A stretch of 27,863 bases of DNA from a virus. Taxonomy: Duplodnaviria; Caudoviricetes. Position 1 is the first letter of the stretch. Each line of letters begins with the position of its first letter. Below are positions 14,446 to 24,885 of the stretch, in pieces. The translations under genes were made by a program, and so were the position numbers. Location of the stretch: positions 1-27,863 of IMG/VR virus record IMGVR_UViG_3300005805_000366; one strand, written 5' to 3'. Below the pieces are notes generated by a model. That model searched no databases and was not told where the DNA came from. It worked only from the letters and a program-made list of their open reading frames with translations.

Positions 14446-17013
14446 ATGGCAACATCAACTCTTGTAAAAACGCTGCTACACAACAGCGTTGCTGACTCTG
14501 TCTATAAAGAAATAACAACTAAGTCTGGAAGATATTATTATTTTCTAGGCTCGGTACTGGATTGGGTTGACCCTACTGATCCCCCGACCCCTATAGATAG
14601 TTACGATTACGAGAGAGAAACAAGAAACAGTATTGTTTTAGTTAAAGAAATTCAAACCAGTGATGTAGCATATGTAGTAGATAGAATAAACTGGAGTTCG
14701 AACACAGTTTATGACATGTACGATGATTTATATTGTGATCAAGTTATAGGTGTTAATTTAATATCTGGTGGAGCTAGCTACAGTGCTAATACTGTGGTTA
14801 CTATTTCCGGTGGAAGCGGTACCGGGGCTAACGCATATGCAACCGTAGCTAACGGAGCTATTACAGCTATAACAATAGACAATAGAGGCTATGGTTATAC
14901 CAATCAACCTAATATAACTATCACTGATTCTTTTGGATCTGGTGCTACTGCTAATGTGGTTATTAATAAAGCATATTCTGGAGCTTCTAGTCTACAGACT
15001 GCATTATTTTATGTTGTAACTGATGAGTACAACATTTACAAATGTCTAGACAATAACAATAATGCACAATCAACTGTAAAGCCTTCCGATGTTTCGCCCG
15101 AGCCTTTCACAACATCAGATGGTTACAAGTGGAAGTTTATGGGTAATGTTCCTATTTATTTAAGAAACAAATTCCTATCCACCTCTCAGATGCCTATAAC
15201 TACTTCTATTACTAATCAGTTTTATTCTCAAGGGGAAATTAGAACTGTAAAGGTCATAGATACAGGTAATAACTATACATACGCCAGTATTGTGGTACAG
15301 GGGGATGGGTACCTAGAAGATGATCCTTATTTAGTAATTAATTCAAATGTTATAAGCTTAGGTACATCAACGTATACCTATGCAAATGTTACTGTTGATC
15401 CTCCCGTGACTTCTTCTGCTACTTGGGCAGCGTCAACTGCATATAATGTTGGACAAATTATTAAGCATGATAATAATTATTATGAAGTATTGCAAGACGG
15501 TACATCTGCCTCTTATGGGCCTGTTCATACAAAAGGTATTGCTAAAAACGGAACCGTAATTTTTAAGTACCGAGGTACAGGTATTACAGCTAATGCTAAT
15601 GTATACGGTGGTTATGTTTATAACTTAACCGATTTATATGGTATGGTAAGAGATATAGTTATTACAAATAATGGCACTGGTTATATCACAGCACCAACGG
15701 TAACTATTTCGGGTAATGGTTCGAATGCTACTGCTACAGCCTCCTTATTAAACAACACCGTTAACCGAATTACAATAACAAACAGCGGTAAGGACTATAC
15801 CTCAGCTCCTACCGTTGTTATTGGATCGGCTTGGGAAGCTAATGCCAACGTATTATTAAATTCACAAGTATTTTATGGTACTAGACTATATACTGTTTCT
15901 ACCGGGGGTTATGCTAATACAACAGCCCCTACACATACAACTGGAACACAGACTTTAGGTAATGCTGCTTTTACATTTGCTGGTACTAAAGCTACCGGTT
16001 ACGCGAGATTAAAATATGGTTCAGGATATGCTGGTGCCCCTGGCATAACTATTACAGGTGATGGTGCTGGTGCTAATATAATTTTTGAAGCTGAAAAAAC
16101 AGAAGCAATACTTTATCCCTACGTTGAAGACGGTAAGATTACAAATGTTATAATAGAAAATGGTGGGACCGGTTACACATACGCAACCTTAACAGTTGTA
16201 GGAGACGGAAATAATGCAGAATTTTCTGTTGATTTTTCAGAAGGCGATCTAAACACTTTACAGGCAACCAGTGAGTTGTTAGCTGTATCTGGTGCAATAC
16301 ACGCTGCAAAAGTTGTCTCCGGGGGCTATGGCTATACCGGCGCTAATGTTACTATAACTGGTAACGGGACAGGTGCAACTGCTAATGCTACTATTATTGG
16401 TGGTAAAATAACAAAAATAAACATACTGACTGAGGGTTCCGGTTATACTCATGCCAATGTTAATATAACAGGTACAGGTATCGGGGCAACAGCTCGCGCA
16501 ATATTTCCACCTGTTGGTGGCCACGGTAAAGATACAGTGAGTGAATTGTTTGCAAGATCCTTAGCATTTTATACAACTATAGGGCAAGAAAAAAATCAAG
16601 GCCTGGTTGTTGACAATGACTACAGGCAGTTTGGAATTATTAAAGAAATTAAAAATTATGATAACAACAAATTTTTTAATAATTCTGTAGGTTCAGGTTG
16701 CTGGTTAGTATCGGGTAATATTAATACTACTTTATTTGAACAAGACAGCGTTATTACAAGAACATCGGATAGTTCAAAATTTTTAATTATTTCTTCTGAA
16801 GCAACTGGTGCATTGCTTATCTCTTTAAATGGAAAGACACCATCATCTGGTGATATACTGCAAGAAGCAACCGGTAACTCGTTTGTTGTTACAGGTGTAA
16901 CAGAGCCAGACGTGGATAAATATTCTGGTGAATTGTTATATATTGATAATAGAAAAGCATTTACAACGACAGAAGACCAATCAGTCTCAATTAAGACTGT
17001 TTTCAAATACTAA
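14446..17013 (+). CDS. gp8: Baseplate wedge subunit gp8 with many inserted repeat domains
   Basis: R.NW...TVYDMY, FYVVTDEYNIYKCLDNN, DGYKWKFM, PP.GGHG.D, NDYRQFGII and DKYSGELLYIDNR form the gp8 core, interrupted by G.GYT..P.VTI.G.G.GA.A repeats. Confidence 0.88.
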   Translation: MATSTLVKTLLHNSVADSVYKEITTKSGRYYYFLGSVLDWVDPTDPPTPIDSYDYERETRNSIVLVKEIQTSDVAYVVDRINWSSNTVYDMYDDLYCDQVIGVNLISGGASYSANTVVTISGGSGTGANAYATVANGAITAITIDNRGYGYTNQPNITITDSFGSGATANVVINKAYSGASSLQTALFYVVTDEYNIYKCLDNNNNAQSTVKPSDVSPEPFTTSDGYKWKFMGNVPIYLRNKFLSTSQMPITTSITNQFYSQGEIRTVKVIDTGNNYTYASIVVQGDGYLEDDPYLVINSNVISLGTSTYTYANVTVDPPVTSSATWAASTAYNVGQIIKHDNNYYEVLQDGTSASYGPVHTKGIAKNGTVIFKYRGTGITANANVYGGYVYNLTDLYGMVRDIVITNNGTGYITAPTVTISGNGSNATATASLLNNTVNRITITNSGKDYTSAPTVVIGSAWEANANVLLNSQVFYGTRLYTVSTGGYANTTAPTHTTGTQTLGNAAFTFAGTKATGYARLKYGSGYAGAPGITITGDGAGANIIFEAEKTEAILYPYVEDGKITNVIIENGGTGYTYATLTVVGDGNNAEFSVDFSEGDLNTLQATSELLAVSGAIHAAKVVSGGYGYTGANVTITGNGTGATANATIIGGKITKINILTEGSGYTHANVNITGTGIGATARAIFPPVGGHGKDTVSELFARSLAFYTTIGQEKNQGLVVDNDYRQFGIIKEIKNYDNNKFFNNSVGSGCWLVSGNINTTLFEQDSVITRTSDSSKFLIISSEATGALLISLNGKTPSSGDILQEATGNSFVVTGVTEPDVDKYSGELLYIDNRKAFTTTEDQSVSIKTVFKY

Positions 17014-17023
17014 CAGGTAAAAC

Positions 17024-20000
17024 ATGGCGATTGATTTTAATACTAGCCCATATTACGATGATTATAACGACGATAATGATTTTTATCGTATGCTGTTTAA
17101 ACCCGGGTTTGCTGTCCAAGCCCGAGAATTAACCCAGCTTCAAACTATACTTCAAAATCAAGTAGCTAGATTCGGTAACCATGTTTTTAAAGAAGGATCA
17201 AAAGTATCCGGGGCGGAAATATTTGTTGATAAAAATGTAAGAACAGTCAGATTAAAGACCACGTACAGCGGTAATAACATTACAGTTTCAGCATTTAAAA
17301 ATAAATTTGCTAAAGGCGCTACATCTGGATTCATAGGTGAGGTCAAGCATGTTTATTCTGCTGATACTCCTACTGTAGGTGATCCCCCTACTATTATAGT
17401 AAAGCCACTTAATACTGAGAACACAACTTCTTTTTCTGCTAATGAAGATATAAATTTTTATGATACATTTCTTGATGCATTAAATGATACTAATGTACTG
17501 ACTGCTGGAGCCTCGGTTGCCCTTAATACTACAATCACAAAAACCGGCAGCAGTTCAATATATTCCAAGGAAATAACTGTATCTTCAATAGATAGCATAG
17601 TCGTAGGGGATAAGGTAACAGCTACTGGTATAACAAAAGATCTTTTTGTGGTATCTATCGGCACTTCTTCTGTAACAGTTAATGAATATGCTGGGGTTGA
17701 TCTTGCCTCAGTAACCTTTACTTTTACTAGACTGGCATGCACACCTGCGCTTGAGGTAGCAGTCACAGAAGGTATTTTTTATAAGGGTGGAATTTTTGTA
17801 AGAAATTCATCCCAGTCTTTAATACCCTCAAAATATAATGCTTATCCAACTACATCGGTCGGGTTTAAAGTATCTTATGATCTTATCTCTTCTGAAGATG
17901 ATTCAACATTACTAGACCCCGCACTAGATTCTACTAATTATTTCGCCCCAGGTGCCGATCGCTATAAAATAACTCTAACTTTAACTGCAGTAGATGTTGT
18001 TGATGGTAATCCAGATATAGATGATGCACCAAACTATCTTGAAATAGTAAGAATAAAAGAAGGTCAAGTACAAAGAGAAAATACTTTATCTGTTTATAAT
18101 GAGTTAGGTAAGGCAATTGCTAGAAGAACGTTTGACGAATCCGGTAATTATATAGTTAAAAACTTTATTTTATATTTAAATGACACTACTGATGCCGCTA
18201 CAACTATAAACGCGGACGTTTTACCAGGTAAGGCCTATGTAAAAGGTTATGAAATAGAGACCATTGCTCCTACCAGAATAACTATAGATAAAGCAAGAGA
18301 TACTGAAAACGTAGCAGGATTCGATATCTCTCCATTCTATGGAAATTATACTGTAGTTGATGGACCGATATATTCTCTATCTTCTTTTGGCGCTAATATC
18401 GAACTTCATTCAAATACTACACCATCATCTAGTACCCTTTTAGGTACAGCCCATGTTAAACATATAGAGTATGACACTGGCTCAACTACAAGTACAAATT
18501 ACAAATTATTCTTACACGATATTAACATTACTGATAATACTTTTGGTAATGTTAGGGCGTTTGTAACAACATCGGTAGCAGGTAATTATGACTCTGCAAA
18601 CCTTACATTCCAAGCAAACGTTGATTCTTCGGCCATTACTGCCAATGTAACTCAATTAACTGAGTCAGCATATGATACTTTGTTGTTTAATATTCCACAG
18701 CAAAACATAAGTGAAGTAACAGATACCACTTACACTTTTAGAAAAATTTACCCTGGGGTTTCTTTTACGGCAGGAAATGCAACCATTACAACTGCATCAT
18801 CAGCAGAAGATTTTGTTGGTGGGTCTGGTACACTTTCTTCTTCCGTTGCGAGAGAGTATTACTACGTAGTAGCTAAGACTGCCTCTGGTACCTTCACTAA
18901 AGGTCAATATATTCCAATAGATGGTACTGGTAGATCGGTAACACTACCGGTGGTTGGCGCTGGGTCCCCAGGACAGGCTAACTTTAATTTAAATGATAAT
19001 ACATTTAATGGTACAGCCGATATAGTTGCTACCATTGAGGTAACTTCTGATACTAGAAGATCAAAAACTCTGGTTGCTAATGCCGTTCTAGATGTAAATA
19101 TAGCAGCTGCTAATACATACTATAGTTTCAGTAAATCCGATATTTACCAACTAAATAAAGTTTACAAATACGGCTCAAACGCCTATCTTGGTGCTTGGGT
19201 TTCCGGCAATACATATTATTCTTCTAACGTGGTTGTTTATTCCGGGCTTGCCTATCAAGCTAATGCAACCTCTACTGGTACTGTTCCGCTTGGTAACGTA
19301 TCATCCTGGACCCCTATGTCGGCTCAAACATCTTCTCTGTATGAGCTGGACAACGGTCAAAGAGATAATTATTACGATCACGGTAGAGTAAAGTTTGTAG
19401 GCGGTGGGTCGGCACCCGGTAATGTAATTATTGCGTATGATTATTTTACACACGGTGGAGGCTCGGGTTTCTTCACAGTAGATTCTTATCCTATTGATTA
19501 CAGCGATATCCCAAGTTATGTAAGTAAAAAGACCGGTACAACATATAAATTAGCTGATGTTTACGATTTTAGACCCAGAAGAACAGATGGTGCTGCAACC
19601 ATAACATTTGATACCTATCAAATACCTACACCTTATAGTTTTATTGAATCAGATCATGCATACTATATGGGTAGAATTGATAAGGTAGCTCTATCTCCAA
19701 ATGGAGACTTTAAAGTTATTAAGGGTGTTAGTTCGTTCATTAATCCTGGTGTTCCGGTAGATGACCAGGATGCTATGACACTATTTGTAATAAAACTGCC
19801 ACCCTATACAGCCAGCTCTTCTGACGTTAGTATAGAATATGTGCCTCGCCGTCGCTATACAATGAAAGATATCGGCCAAATAGATCAACGTTTAAAATCG
19901 GTAGAGTATTATACTGCACTTTCTTTCCTTGAAAAAGAAGTTTTAGCAGCCGATGTATTAGATACTACTAACTCCGCATTATTTAAAAACGGCTATCTTG

Positions 20001-22258
20001 TTGATTCTTTTGCTGGGCACTCAGTAGGAGATGTACTAAACCCTGACTATAAGTGTTCTATTGACTTTTTAGAAGGTTTTGTTAGAGCCCCGTTTGATTC
20101 AACTGCTTATAAGTTTACTTTTGACCCTATCTCTAACCCAGATGTCGTTGAAACCGGTAACCTCATTTCTTTACCGTATGTTGAAAATGTATTCGTACAG
20201 CAAAATGTAGCTACAAAAATTATAAACGTTAACCCGTTTAACGTGGTTAATTTTATTGGTAGATTAAAAATCACCCCTGCCTCAGACATCTGGTATGATA
20301 CAGTAAACAGACCTATTGTTAATATAGTTAATGAAGGGGATAAAGATGCTTGGATAGCTGCAGAAAATGCAGCAGGAACACAGTGGAACGATTGGCAACT
20401 TAATTGGTCTGGCCAATCTACTAGAACTGATGTAATATCGGATAATGGTTCCGACCAGGTGCTACGTGATACGACTACTACTACAACTACCTTTACAAGA
20501 TCGGGTATTCAAACAACTGTAGGTACTAGATTGGTAATAAATTCTGATAGTACAGAAATTGTATCACAAGAAGTTATACCATTTGCAAGACAAAAGACTA
20601 TTTCTTTTGAAGTGTTTGGTATGCCCCCAGTCACCACCCTATACTTGTTTGCTAATAATTCAATTAATTTAACCGAATACATCACCCCTGATGGTGGTTC
20701 TCTTGGGGATGATTTAATATCTGATTTAAACGGTTATGCAAAAGGTACTTTTGTTTTACCTAATAATTCTACTATTAGAGTCCCTACAGGTAAAATTAGA
20801 TTTACACTCACAAATAATAATAATTCTTTAGCAGAAGCAACTGCATATGCTGAAGCGGGGTTTGTAGCTTCTGGCACACTTAACACTGAGCAGAGAACCA
20901 TAGTATCTACCAGAGAGCCCGTTCTTTTAAGAAACGTGGTTACTGATAGTAGAACAGAGGCAACACAAACCTTTAATACCAGACGGGTTTCCTCTCCTGT
21001 TACATGGGTCGATCCTTTAGCAGAAACTTTCTTAGTAGATTCTGGCATATACCCTAATGGAATTTATTTAAGCTCTGTAGATTTATACTTTGCTACTAAA
21101 GATTCAACTTTACCGGTATGGATACAAATAAGACCTACAGAAAACGGGCTACCAAGCTCATCTGTGGTTGTTCCTTTATCAGAAGTTTATAAAAACCCTA
21201 GTGATATTAATATACCTGATTCTGCTGAGATATATGATGGAATTGGCCAACCAACGAACTTTTCGTTTGAATCACCAGTCTATCTTGCTCCCGGTGAATA
21301 TTGTCTGGTTGTGTTATCTAATTCTGACCGATTTAACTTGTATGCGGCTGAAATTGGGCAGACTCAATTGGGAACTACTACCGAGGTAACCTCTCAACCT
21401 TATCTAGGTGTTTTGTTTAAATCTCAGAACGGTTCATCGTGGACACCTTCACAATCGGAAGATCTTTGCTTTAGACTAAACAAGTGTAAATTTAATCGTG
21501 GAACTAAGAATTTTGAGTTAAGCCTTGAAGCACCAGACGGTTCTTTTGACTATGATTTAATTAAGCTTTCTTCTCAAGAGCTTAACTTTGGAAACGAAAC
21601 GTCGGTTACCTATGAGGTAAGAACAAGACCTGCAGGTAGTGGAACTTTAAATTCCTACATTAATGTCCCTTTTGGTCAAAATTATGAATTGAATGAAACC
21701 ATGAATGCCACAACCGCAGGGGATATACTAGTAAGAGCTACAGTGAATAGTACATCCGAGAACGTTTCACCGGTTGTTGATCTGGAGAGAATAAATGCTA
21801 TTTTAGTTAAAAATAAAATAGATTCTAGTACCAACACCATTCTTACATCAGAACTTAATTCTGCGGGTGGTCTTGCTCAAGCTAAATATATAACCAGAAG
21901 AGTAACTTTATCTGAAGGGCTTGATGCTACCGGTTTAAATGTTAATTTACTAATTAATAGAAGACCTGGTACAGACATTAAGGTATATTATAAAGTACTG
22001 AACAAGTATGATTCCACCTCGTTCGATAATAGACCATATGTTTTAATGAGTAGAACGAATCTTTCTGGGGATGTTATTTTTACTGATAACCCAGATCAAT
22101 ACTCTGAAGAAAATTACCAAGCTTTAGACATCTCTTATACTAACGGCACTGCCAGCTATAATGATTTTAAGGTATTTGCTATTAAAATTGTATTTTTTAG
22201 CAGTAACCAGTCGGTAGTTCCTAAGATAAAAGCATTAAGAGTTACAGCAGTATCATAA
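17024..22258 (+). CDS. Large virion structural protein (VrlC/DUF4815-like)
   Basis: FNTSPYYDDY, LFKPGFAVQARELTQLQTILQNQ, APGADRYK, ARRTFDESGNY, RRYTMKDIG, VEYYT.LS.LE, FKNG..VD.F, NVNPF, DPLAETF and GVLFKSQN..W...Q.EDL. Confidence 0.85.
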   Translation: MAIDFNTSPYYDDYNDDNDFYRMLFKPGFAVQARELTQLQTILQNQVARFGNHVFKEGSKVSGAEIFVDKNVRTVRLKTTYSGNNITVSAFKNKFAKGATSGFIGEVKHVYSADTPTVGDPPTIIVKPLNTENTTSFSANEDINFYDTFLDALNDTNVLTAGASVALNTTITKTGSSSIYSKEITVSSIDSIVVGDKVTATGITKDLFVVSIGTSSVTVNEYAGVDLASVTFTFTRLACTPALEVAVTEGIFYKGGIFVRNSSQSLIPSKYNAYPTTSVGFKVSYDLISSEDDSTLLDPALDSTNYFAPGADRYKITLTLTAVDVVDGNPDIDDAPNYLEIVRIKEGQVQRENTLSVYNELGKAIARRTFDESGNYIVKNFILYLNDTTDAATTINADVLPGKAYVKGYEIETIAPTRITIDKARDTENVAGFDISPFYGNYTVVDGPIYSLSSFGANIELHSNTTPSSSTLLGTAHVKHIEYDTGSTTSTNYKLFLHDINITDNTFGNVRAFVTTSVAGNYDSANLTFQANVDSSAITANVTQLTESAYDTLLFNIPQQNISEVTDTTYTFRKIYPGVSFTAGNATITTASSAEDFVGGSGTLSSSVAREYYYVVAKTASGTFTKGQYIPIDGTGRSVTLPVVGAGSPGQANFNLNDNTFNGTADIVATIEVTSDTRRSKTLVANAVLDVNIAAANTYYSFSKSDIYQLNKVYKYGSNAYLGAWVSGNTYYSSNVVVYSGLAYQANATSTGTVPLGNVSSWTPMSAQTSSLYELDNGQRDNYYDHGRVKFVGGGSAPGNVIIAYDYFTHGGGSGFFTVDSYPIDYSDIPSYVSKKTGTTYKLADVYDFRPRRTDGAATITFDTYQIPTPYSFIESDHAYYMGRIDKVALSPNGDFKVIKGVSSFINPGVPVDDQDAMTLFVIKLPPYTASSSDVSIEYVPRRRYTMKDIGQIDQRLKSVEYYTALSFLEKEVLAADVLDTTNSALFKNGYLVDSFAGHSVGDVLNPDYKCSIDFLEGFVRAPFDSTAYKFTFDPISNPDVVETGNLISLPYVENVFVQQNVATKIINVNPFNVVNFIGRLKITPASDIWYDTVNRPIVNIVNEGDKDAWIAAENAAGTQWNDWQLNWSGQSTRTDVISDNGSDQVLRDTTTTTTTFTRSGIQTTVGTRLVINSDSTEIVSQEVIPFARQKTISFEVFGMPPVTTLYLFANNSINLTEYITPDGGSLGDDLISDLNGYAKGTFVLPNNSTIRVPTGKIRFTLTNNNNSLAEATAYAEAGFVASGTLNTEQRTIVSTREPVLLRNVVTDSRTEATQTFNTRRVSSPVTWVDPLAETFLVDSGIYPNGIYLSSVDLYFATKDSTLPVWIQIRPTENGLPSSSVVVPLSEVYKNPSDINIPDSAEIYDGIGQPTNFSFESPVYLAPGEYCLVVLSNSDRFNLYAAEIGQTQLGTTTEVTSQPYLGVLFKSQNGSSWTPSQSEDLCFRLNKCKFNRGTKNFELSLEAPDGSFDYDLIKLSSQELNFGNETSVTYEVRTRPAGSGTLNSYINVPFGQNYELNETMNATTAGDILVRATVNSTSENVSPVVDLERINAILVKNKIDSSTNTILTSELNSAGGLAQAKYITRRVTLSEGLDATGLNVNLLINRRPGTDIKVYYKVLNKYDSTSFDNRPYVLMSRTNLSGDVIFTDNPDQYSEENYQALDISYTNGTASYNDFKVFAIKIVFFSSNQSVVPKIKALRVTAVS

Positions 22259-22259
22259 T

Positions 22260-22481
22260 ATGAATAAGGTGTACCAAAAAGTAGAGGGTCATCCCTCGCT
22301 TTTAAGAGAAAAAAACAGCAAGGCTATACTTTCTACCGATATTGCTGCTTTAAATGAGTATAGAGCTAAAAAAGCTTTGGCAACTAGAGTAGATCATATT
22401 TCTGATGATATAAATATTCTTAAGAGAGAATTTGGAGAAATAAAGAGTATGCTTTTAAAAATTCTTGAAAATAACAGATAA
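22260..22481 (+). CDS. Small conserved phage protein with a coiled-coil C-terminus
   Basis: KVEGHPSLLRE..SKAI..TD...Y...I..LK.E..EIK.ML, the small gene usually found after the VrlC-like gene. Confidence 0.75.
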   Translation: MNKVYQKVEGHPSLLREKNSKAILSTDIAALNEYRAKKALATRVDHISDDINILKREFGEIKSMLLKILENNR

Positions 22482-22495
22482 AGAAGAGACTAAAC

Positions 22496-23722
22496 ATGGC
22501 AACATTAGTTCTAAGAACAGTTAAAGGTACCCCGCTTACTAATTCGGAAGTGGATGGTAACTTTTCGAATATTAATTCAGAAGTTGGGGTTGTCTTTAAT
22601 AGAGCTAACACCATTAACTCTAACGCCGGTGTATTATCTAACTTAACAACCACAGAAAAATCTAACCTGGTTGCAGCTATCAACGAGATTGCTTCGGAAT
22701 CTACATCCAGTGTAGGTATTACTGGAGGCTCCATAGCAAACGTTACCTTGTCCAATGTAACAGTGACAGGGGCGGGCATTACTGGTATCACTACAGCTAA
22801 CGTCACCGAACTTACAAATTTATATTATACCGATGCCCGTGTATACTCCAATGTAACAACAGCGGGGTTTTATAATACCGTATCTAATACCGCTCCAATT
22901 GGAGCTACAGAAGCCGGTACTACTTTAACACTTACTCACCTTGACTCTGGTGTATCAGCCGCAACCTACGGTAATGCAACTTTAATTCCTGTTGTCACAG
23001 TTAATGCTACAGGGCACATTACGTCGGTTTCTAATGTTGCAATTTCAGCTACAGGGGGTGGTTCAGGTTTATTTAATACATCGATTTCTGCTGCCTCAGC
23101 TACAGCGGTAAATATATCTGCAGCAAACGTATACGCCGCGGCTTCTACTTCTGGTAAAAGATATATCATACATTCTATACACGTAACAAACATAGACGGA
23201 ACTAACAGTGCAGAAGTTTCTGCACAGATTATAGGAACAACATATTCTAGTATATCCCTAGCTAACACAGTACCTGTTCCTGCTACATCTTCGGTTGAAT
23301 TATTGAAAAAACCCAAAGTTTTACAACCTAGTGATTATATAAGAATATCAGCAAACGTTGATTCAGTACTTCATGCTACCGCTACTATAGAAGAAGTAAC
23401 TACCACTGCGTTGTTTGGAGGGGGCATTGATATTACATCTGCTACCACGTACACCGATCTCCATACTGCTACATCAAATTCTGTACTGGAAAGCATTTTA
23501 CTTTCAAACGATGACCCTACTTTAGATGTTAAAGCCCGTGTTGTTTGGACTGACGGCTCCAATAACATTCAGGGATATTATGCTTATGATTTAATTGTAC
23601 CAGCAGATGCAACCGTGGAAGTTTTAGAGCAACCTAAGTTCTTACAAAGTGGGTACAAGGTTCGCGTTTATGCTAACCAAGCTAACCGCTTAGAAGCCAT
23701 TATTGCAGGAAAGACAATATAA
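22496..23722 (+). CDS. Tail fibre / virion appendage protein
   Basis: N-terminal LVLRTVKGTPLTNSEVDGNF anchor, NLTT..KSNLVAAINE, TNLYYTDAR and SGV.A.TYG...IPV.TV...G.IT fibre motifs; two tandem C-terminal beta domains. Confidence 0.7.
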   Translation: MATLVLRTVKGTPLTNSEVDGNFSNINSEVGVVFNRANTINSNAGVLSNLTTTEKSNLVAAINEIASESTSSVGITGGSIANVTLSNVTVTGAGITGITTANVTELTNLYYTDARVYSNVTTAGFYNTVSNTAPIGATEAGTTLTLTHLDSGVSAATYGNATLIPVVTVNATGHITSVSNVAISATGGGSGLFNTSISAASATAVNISAANVYAAASTSGKRYIIHSIHVTNIDGTNSAEVSAQIIGTTYSSISLANTVPVPATSSVELLKKPKVLQPSDYIRISANVDSVLHATATIEEVTTTALFGGGIDITSATTYTDLHTATSNSVLESILLSNDDPTLDVKARVVWTDGSNNIQGYYAYDLIVPADATVEVLEQPKFLQSGYKVRVYANQANRLEAIIAGKTI

Positions 23723-24870
23723 TGACTAAAGGTGTATGGACCCTTCAAGATGTAAGAGATGAAATCTTAAATAGTACCTGGGTTACCTACGATGGGTCTG
23801 TAGATTCTGGAGAACTATGGACTTGGGGTAATCAAAATGATACCGGTTTTGTTGGAGACAATACTAGAATTCATAGATCTTCCCCGGTTCAAATACCGGG
23901 CACTACATGGTTAGTAACGGGTGTTAATACTGATTCGGGCTTTGCTCAAGCTATTAAAACTGACGGTACAATGTGGACGTGGGGTAATAACAGCGAAGGG
24001 CAATTAGGTATTAATTTAGGAAAGGTAGGGGGAGTAGCCAGCCCTAGGTCGTCCCCGGTTCAAATACCCGGTACACAATGGTGCGGTCAAGGTTCAGGCG
24101 CTGCCCAGGGGTTCGGTTTAAAGACCGACGGGACGCTATGGGGCTGGGGTTGTAATAGCATAGGCCGTTTAGGTGATGTTACAGTCGTAGATAGATCTTC
24201 TCCAGTTCAAATACCCGGTACGACATGGTGTGCGGTGGTTACCGCGGGAGCATCGACTCTAGCCTTGAAAACAGATAATACGTTATGGGCCTGGGGTTGC
24301 GGCACGGAAGGTGTTCTCGGTACGGATGATACAGTTCATAGATCGTCCCCTGTTCAAGTGCCTGGAACAGGATGGTGTCAAATTTCTCTTACTGCTACAA
24401 GTGGTATAGCTACTAAAACCGACGGTACTTTATGGTCATGGGGTTCTAATAGTGTTGGTTCGCTAGGAAATAATACCGTTACAACAAGTTCTTCCCCGGT
24501 TCAAATACCAGGAACACAGTGGGTGTGTGGATTTAAATCTTGTGCCGGTCATACCCTTGCAAAAAAATCCGATAAAACAATATGGACATGGGGTTCTAAT
24601 TCCAGTGGTCGCCTAGGCTTAGGAGTTGGAGATACTACACATAGATCATCGCCTACACAAATCCCTGGTACTCAGTGGAACACCATTGGTATAGGAGGAT
24701 TAAACGCCTGGGGTATTAAAACCAATAATACACTATGGGCTTGGGGTTCAGGTTCAACTTCAGGTACTCTAATTAACGCTGATGTAGATTCACCTAACCA
24801 AATTCCAGGTACAAATTGGATAAGTATTTGCGGCGGTGGTGGCCCAACTATGGCAAGAAAATCAATTTAA
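23722..24870 (+). CDS. RCC1-like repeat (7-blade beta-propeller) protein
   Basis: Seven units of about 49 aa: KTDGTLWxWG.N..G.LG......RSSPVQIPGT.W; N-terminal GVWTL motif. Confidence 0.88.
   Translation: MTKGVWTLQDVRDEILNSTWVTYDGSVDSGELWTWGNQNDTGFVGDNTRIHRSSPVQIPGTTWLVTGVNTDSGFAQAIKTDGTMWTWGNNSEGQLGINLGKVGGVASPRSSPVQIPGTQWCGQGSGAAQGFGLKTDGTLWGWGCNSIGRLGDVTVVDRSSPVQIPGTTWCAVVTAGASTLALKTDNTLWAWGCGTEGVLGTDDTVHRSSPVQVPGTGWCQISLTATSGIATKTDGTLWSWGSNSVGSLGNNTVTTSSSPVQIPGTQWVCGFKSCAGHTLAKKSDKTIWTWGSNSSGRLGLGVGDTTHRSSPTQIPGTQWNTIGIGGLNAWGIKTNNTLWAWGSGSTSGTLINADVDSPNQIPGTNWISICGGGGPTMARKSI
23881..24806 (+). repeat. Coding direct repeats (SPVQIP codons) of RCC1 protein 1
   Basis: Units start at 23881, 24052, 24199, 24346, 24493, 24649 and 24790. 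TCCCCGGTTCAAATACC is identical at 23881, 24052 and 24493. Confidence 0.85.
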
Positions 24871-24885
24871 ACAAAAGAGCTAACA

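Noticed and set aside
17024-22258. No recognisable gp9-gp12 after gp8
   Set aside because: Replacement by a large VrlC/DUF4815-like gene is the usual layout in cyanophage-type T4-like phages.
1459-23722. Repeated TAATG/ATGA stop-start overlaps (1459, 3703, 5575, 6672, 8981, 9640, 12191, 23722)
   Set aside because: Ordinary translational coupling in a phage structural operon.
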